Positions 61,096-64,000 of a DNA stretch of 64,000 nt are shown here, piece after piece; position 1 is the first letter of the stretch; the number at the start of each line of letters is the position of its first letter. The position numbers and the translations under genes were made by a program. The DNA lies in assembly GCF_009914755.1 (NCBI RefSeq), contig NC_060927.1. One strand, 5' to 3'. The stretch comes from the human T2T-CHM13v2.0 reference genome, Homo sapiens. Below the pieces are notes generated by a model. The model was given only the letters and a program-made list of their open reading frames with translations, was not told the DNA's origin and ran no database searches.

Positions 61096-64000
61096 TTATT
61101 TGCAAAACTTTATTTTGTCTGAAGTATCCTGATAATTTGATTTATTTTCTAGTTTTAGTTTAGATTTCTTTCTTCCTATTCCAGAACGCTTAGAACTTAT
61201 AGGAAGTTGTGACTACACAATGTTAATCACATTAATACTTTAATTATCTCAAGGAATTGGTGTCTCACTCTTTATGCAAGAGCTAGACTACATGCAGACT
61301 TCTGGGGAATAATGACACTTTGATTATTTGTCTTCTGTGGGATTTCTTAATGGCTCAAATCACCATTGCCAAAGTCAAAACAAGACATCTAGGAAGTTTC
61401 AGTTAGTTAAGTATCTTATAAACAGAGGATTAACATATCATGGTCCAAACAGCTGACTGATCTCAAACTCTGTAGTCTGTCTTTTGGGGACATTTGACAA
61501 AGCTCAATTGCTGGTGAATTTCAACTTGCAAATTTCAGAAGAGATTTAAAAGCATCCTAAGACTATATAATTACACACTGAAAATTTTAGAATTTATAAT
61601 GCTAGACACATAAATAGTATTTTTCATTCGGTGTTGTTAAGGAATAAACATTTTGTCATTAAACTTTACCAGAAGGAGAGATGACACTATTTGAAAATTG
61701 CTATGGATAGATCTGAAAATGATATTTTACTCTATCTTATAGAAGCATCATTTTCAGAATCATTTATGTGCCTTTTGAGTTGTGTTGCTAGGTTTTATTT
61801 GCTTGATATTATTTTTGAGTGTCAGTTTTAAAACACTGTAAGCACATTTGTTACCTTTGTTTGAAAGATTTCTCCCCAAAAATGAAGGGAAATTGCTAGT
61901 TTGGATTCAGAGCAGAGATGAGAAAAAGAGGTATGTATCTCCCTTCCCCATCCCACTGTGCTTTCCCAAGACCCGTCCACTCTTACTCCACACATACACC
62001 ACAAATACTCATTTGTAATTTTTTTATTCATATCAATAACTTATACTATCAAGATGGTCTTTTTAAAACGCCATTTAGTTATGGACAAAGCTTATATCAG
62101 AACACTATGAAGAAGAACCTTAACAGAAAATGAGCTTAGTTTATTTTTTGGAATTAGTTTAAAATGCTCTTTGAGTACTGTAGGTATCCTCCCTGGCACA
62201 GGATGCAATTGTCTTAAAAAGTGACCTCTTTATACTGAAATTTTATGAAATGCTTTGGAAGCTGTCCTTATCTTCTTCAGTCAGAACTATAATTAGGATT
62301 TATTTTCAACATAGTATTTTGATGGCTTTTTTAACACCATGGCACTGAAAGTGTAGAGCTTCCTCAATAATATTTATTCAGCCTTTGAAGACACAGTCAC
62401 CTGATACATCCTAAGAAACTTTTGATCATAGCTGAACAAAGTGAAATAATTAACAGGAATTAATTTTAAGTGATTGGGAATTCCACTTAATTGAGAATCT
62501 TAAGTGATTTCCAAAACCCTCTGGAAATAAAAACTTTTCACCTGTGGTTAAACCAAGAGATCAAGTATTCTTTGACCAATAAAGACTCTCCTCACCATCA
62601 GCTAGAAAACACCCTTTGAAATCCAGTTAACTCTTTCATGCAGACAATGTTCATTTTCTATTTTATCAGAAAGTTAAATTTGCCATTCTATACTCCAATA
62701 AAAGTTAAGTTGTTTTGATCTGATAATTGTAAGATGTACTGTATGTATCTTAATTTATAAGTTTTAAATGCTAAAGCTCAAGGCTGTTCAGATATAACAG
62801 GAGTGCTGGAAATGAGGTACAAAATGCTGGAATTCAAATTAACCAATAAATATATTTTAATATATATCAGCAGGACTCTAGAGGATTCCATTAATGTTGA
62901 AAAATAGAAAGGATTTAGGTTAATTTGGTAAGAAGGCAGGTCAGAACGTTTACAACAGTGGTATAGAATTGTATAGAGATGCAAAATTTTTCAAGAGAGC
63001 AGAATTTTTTCAAAAACGCTGACTCTAGCTGTCACAGCCCTGCCTTGGCTAAATCCAGTGGAGAGATAGGAGGACTTTCTAATTTGCTTTCCCTCTATTT
63101 TAATAATAGCTGTGCATAAGTAATTTATGAAAGGCCAACCAGGCAGTGGGCAACAGAAAATTAAACTCATTTTATCTGAAAGCAGGTGGATTTCTATATA
63201 TCATTAGCATGCATAGAATTCTCACAATGTTATTTCTCATACTGATGGAATGTAACCAAATAATATATGAGTTTTTTGCTTATGCACGAGTGAAATTTTT
63301 AGATAAAAGTGCCAGCCCCAATGGCAATTTTCTGCAAAACGAAAACTAATTCTGCGAAGCTTCTTATTACTGGAAAGACTCATTTGGCTTGCATTAGAGA
63401 CTGACATAAGTGACTTTAGGATTTTACTAACAGATTAGATGAGATGTGCCACATACTGTAATATCATTAGAGAATGTAACAGCACTGGAATGCTTTGGGG
63501 CACTTATTAAGGGTACCGACACAAGTAAATTGTTTTCCTTTTTGACGCGAGCTTTTGAATGTCTTCCCTCTGATTAGAATGCTTTATTTTTATGGTTGCT
63601 TTTTATGATATTTAAAACAACTTTTATTTTATGCTCCCTGAAACTGCACACAAATTATGTTTTGCATGATTCAGCTCAGTGTTACTAAATGCATTATCTA
63701 TGCCTTATTTCGTGAATATCACCTAGGCAGAGGGTAGATACGTATTAAGAAAACAGCTTACACAATACTAAAGTCAGAATTCTTCTAACAGAATATTATC
63801 CTAACTTACAGCAAAGACTAATCTTCATGGCTCTGAGGAATTTTTGCTATTAGTACCTTTCACTCAATGTTTGTGTGAGTTCTACTATCAACTTCTAACA
63901 AAATCTTAGAATTAGATCATTAGAAATGGTTACTATAATATGAATACTTCTATTGTTCCGTTTAACTACCATCCTAAAACTCATTCAAGTATATTAAATA

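Overview
Primate (very probably human) genomic DNA, AT-rich and dense in repeats. It holds the 5' end of CCDC39, a motile-cilia coiled-coil gene linked to primary ciliary dyskinesia, on the minus strand. Coding exons 1-6 (aa 1-246) have canonical GT-AG, all-phase-0 introns and a CpG-island promoter at about 22.8-24.1 kb. About 40 kb upstream has no protein-coding gene I can support. Repeats include many Alus, a 5'-inverted (twin-primed) L1PA, a nested Tigger1, and MER41, MER9, MLT and other LTRs. The most notable structure is a fossil rearrangement. Segment 11708-14548 is a collapsed copy of the 14549-34200 unit, joined through a chimeric Alu. This leaves ~2.2-kb direct repeats 19,662 bp apart, ~98% identical in their core, on either side of CCDC39 exon 1 and its promoter. 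I see no evidence for a novel protein-coding system, CRISPR array or structural RNA gene. Repeat subfamily names are from memory of consensus sequences and identities are counted by eye.
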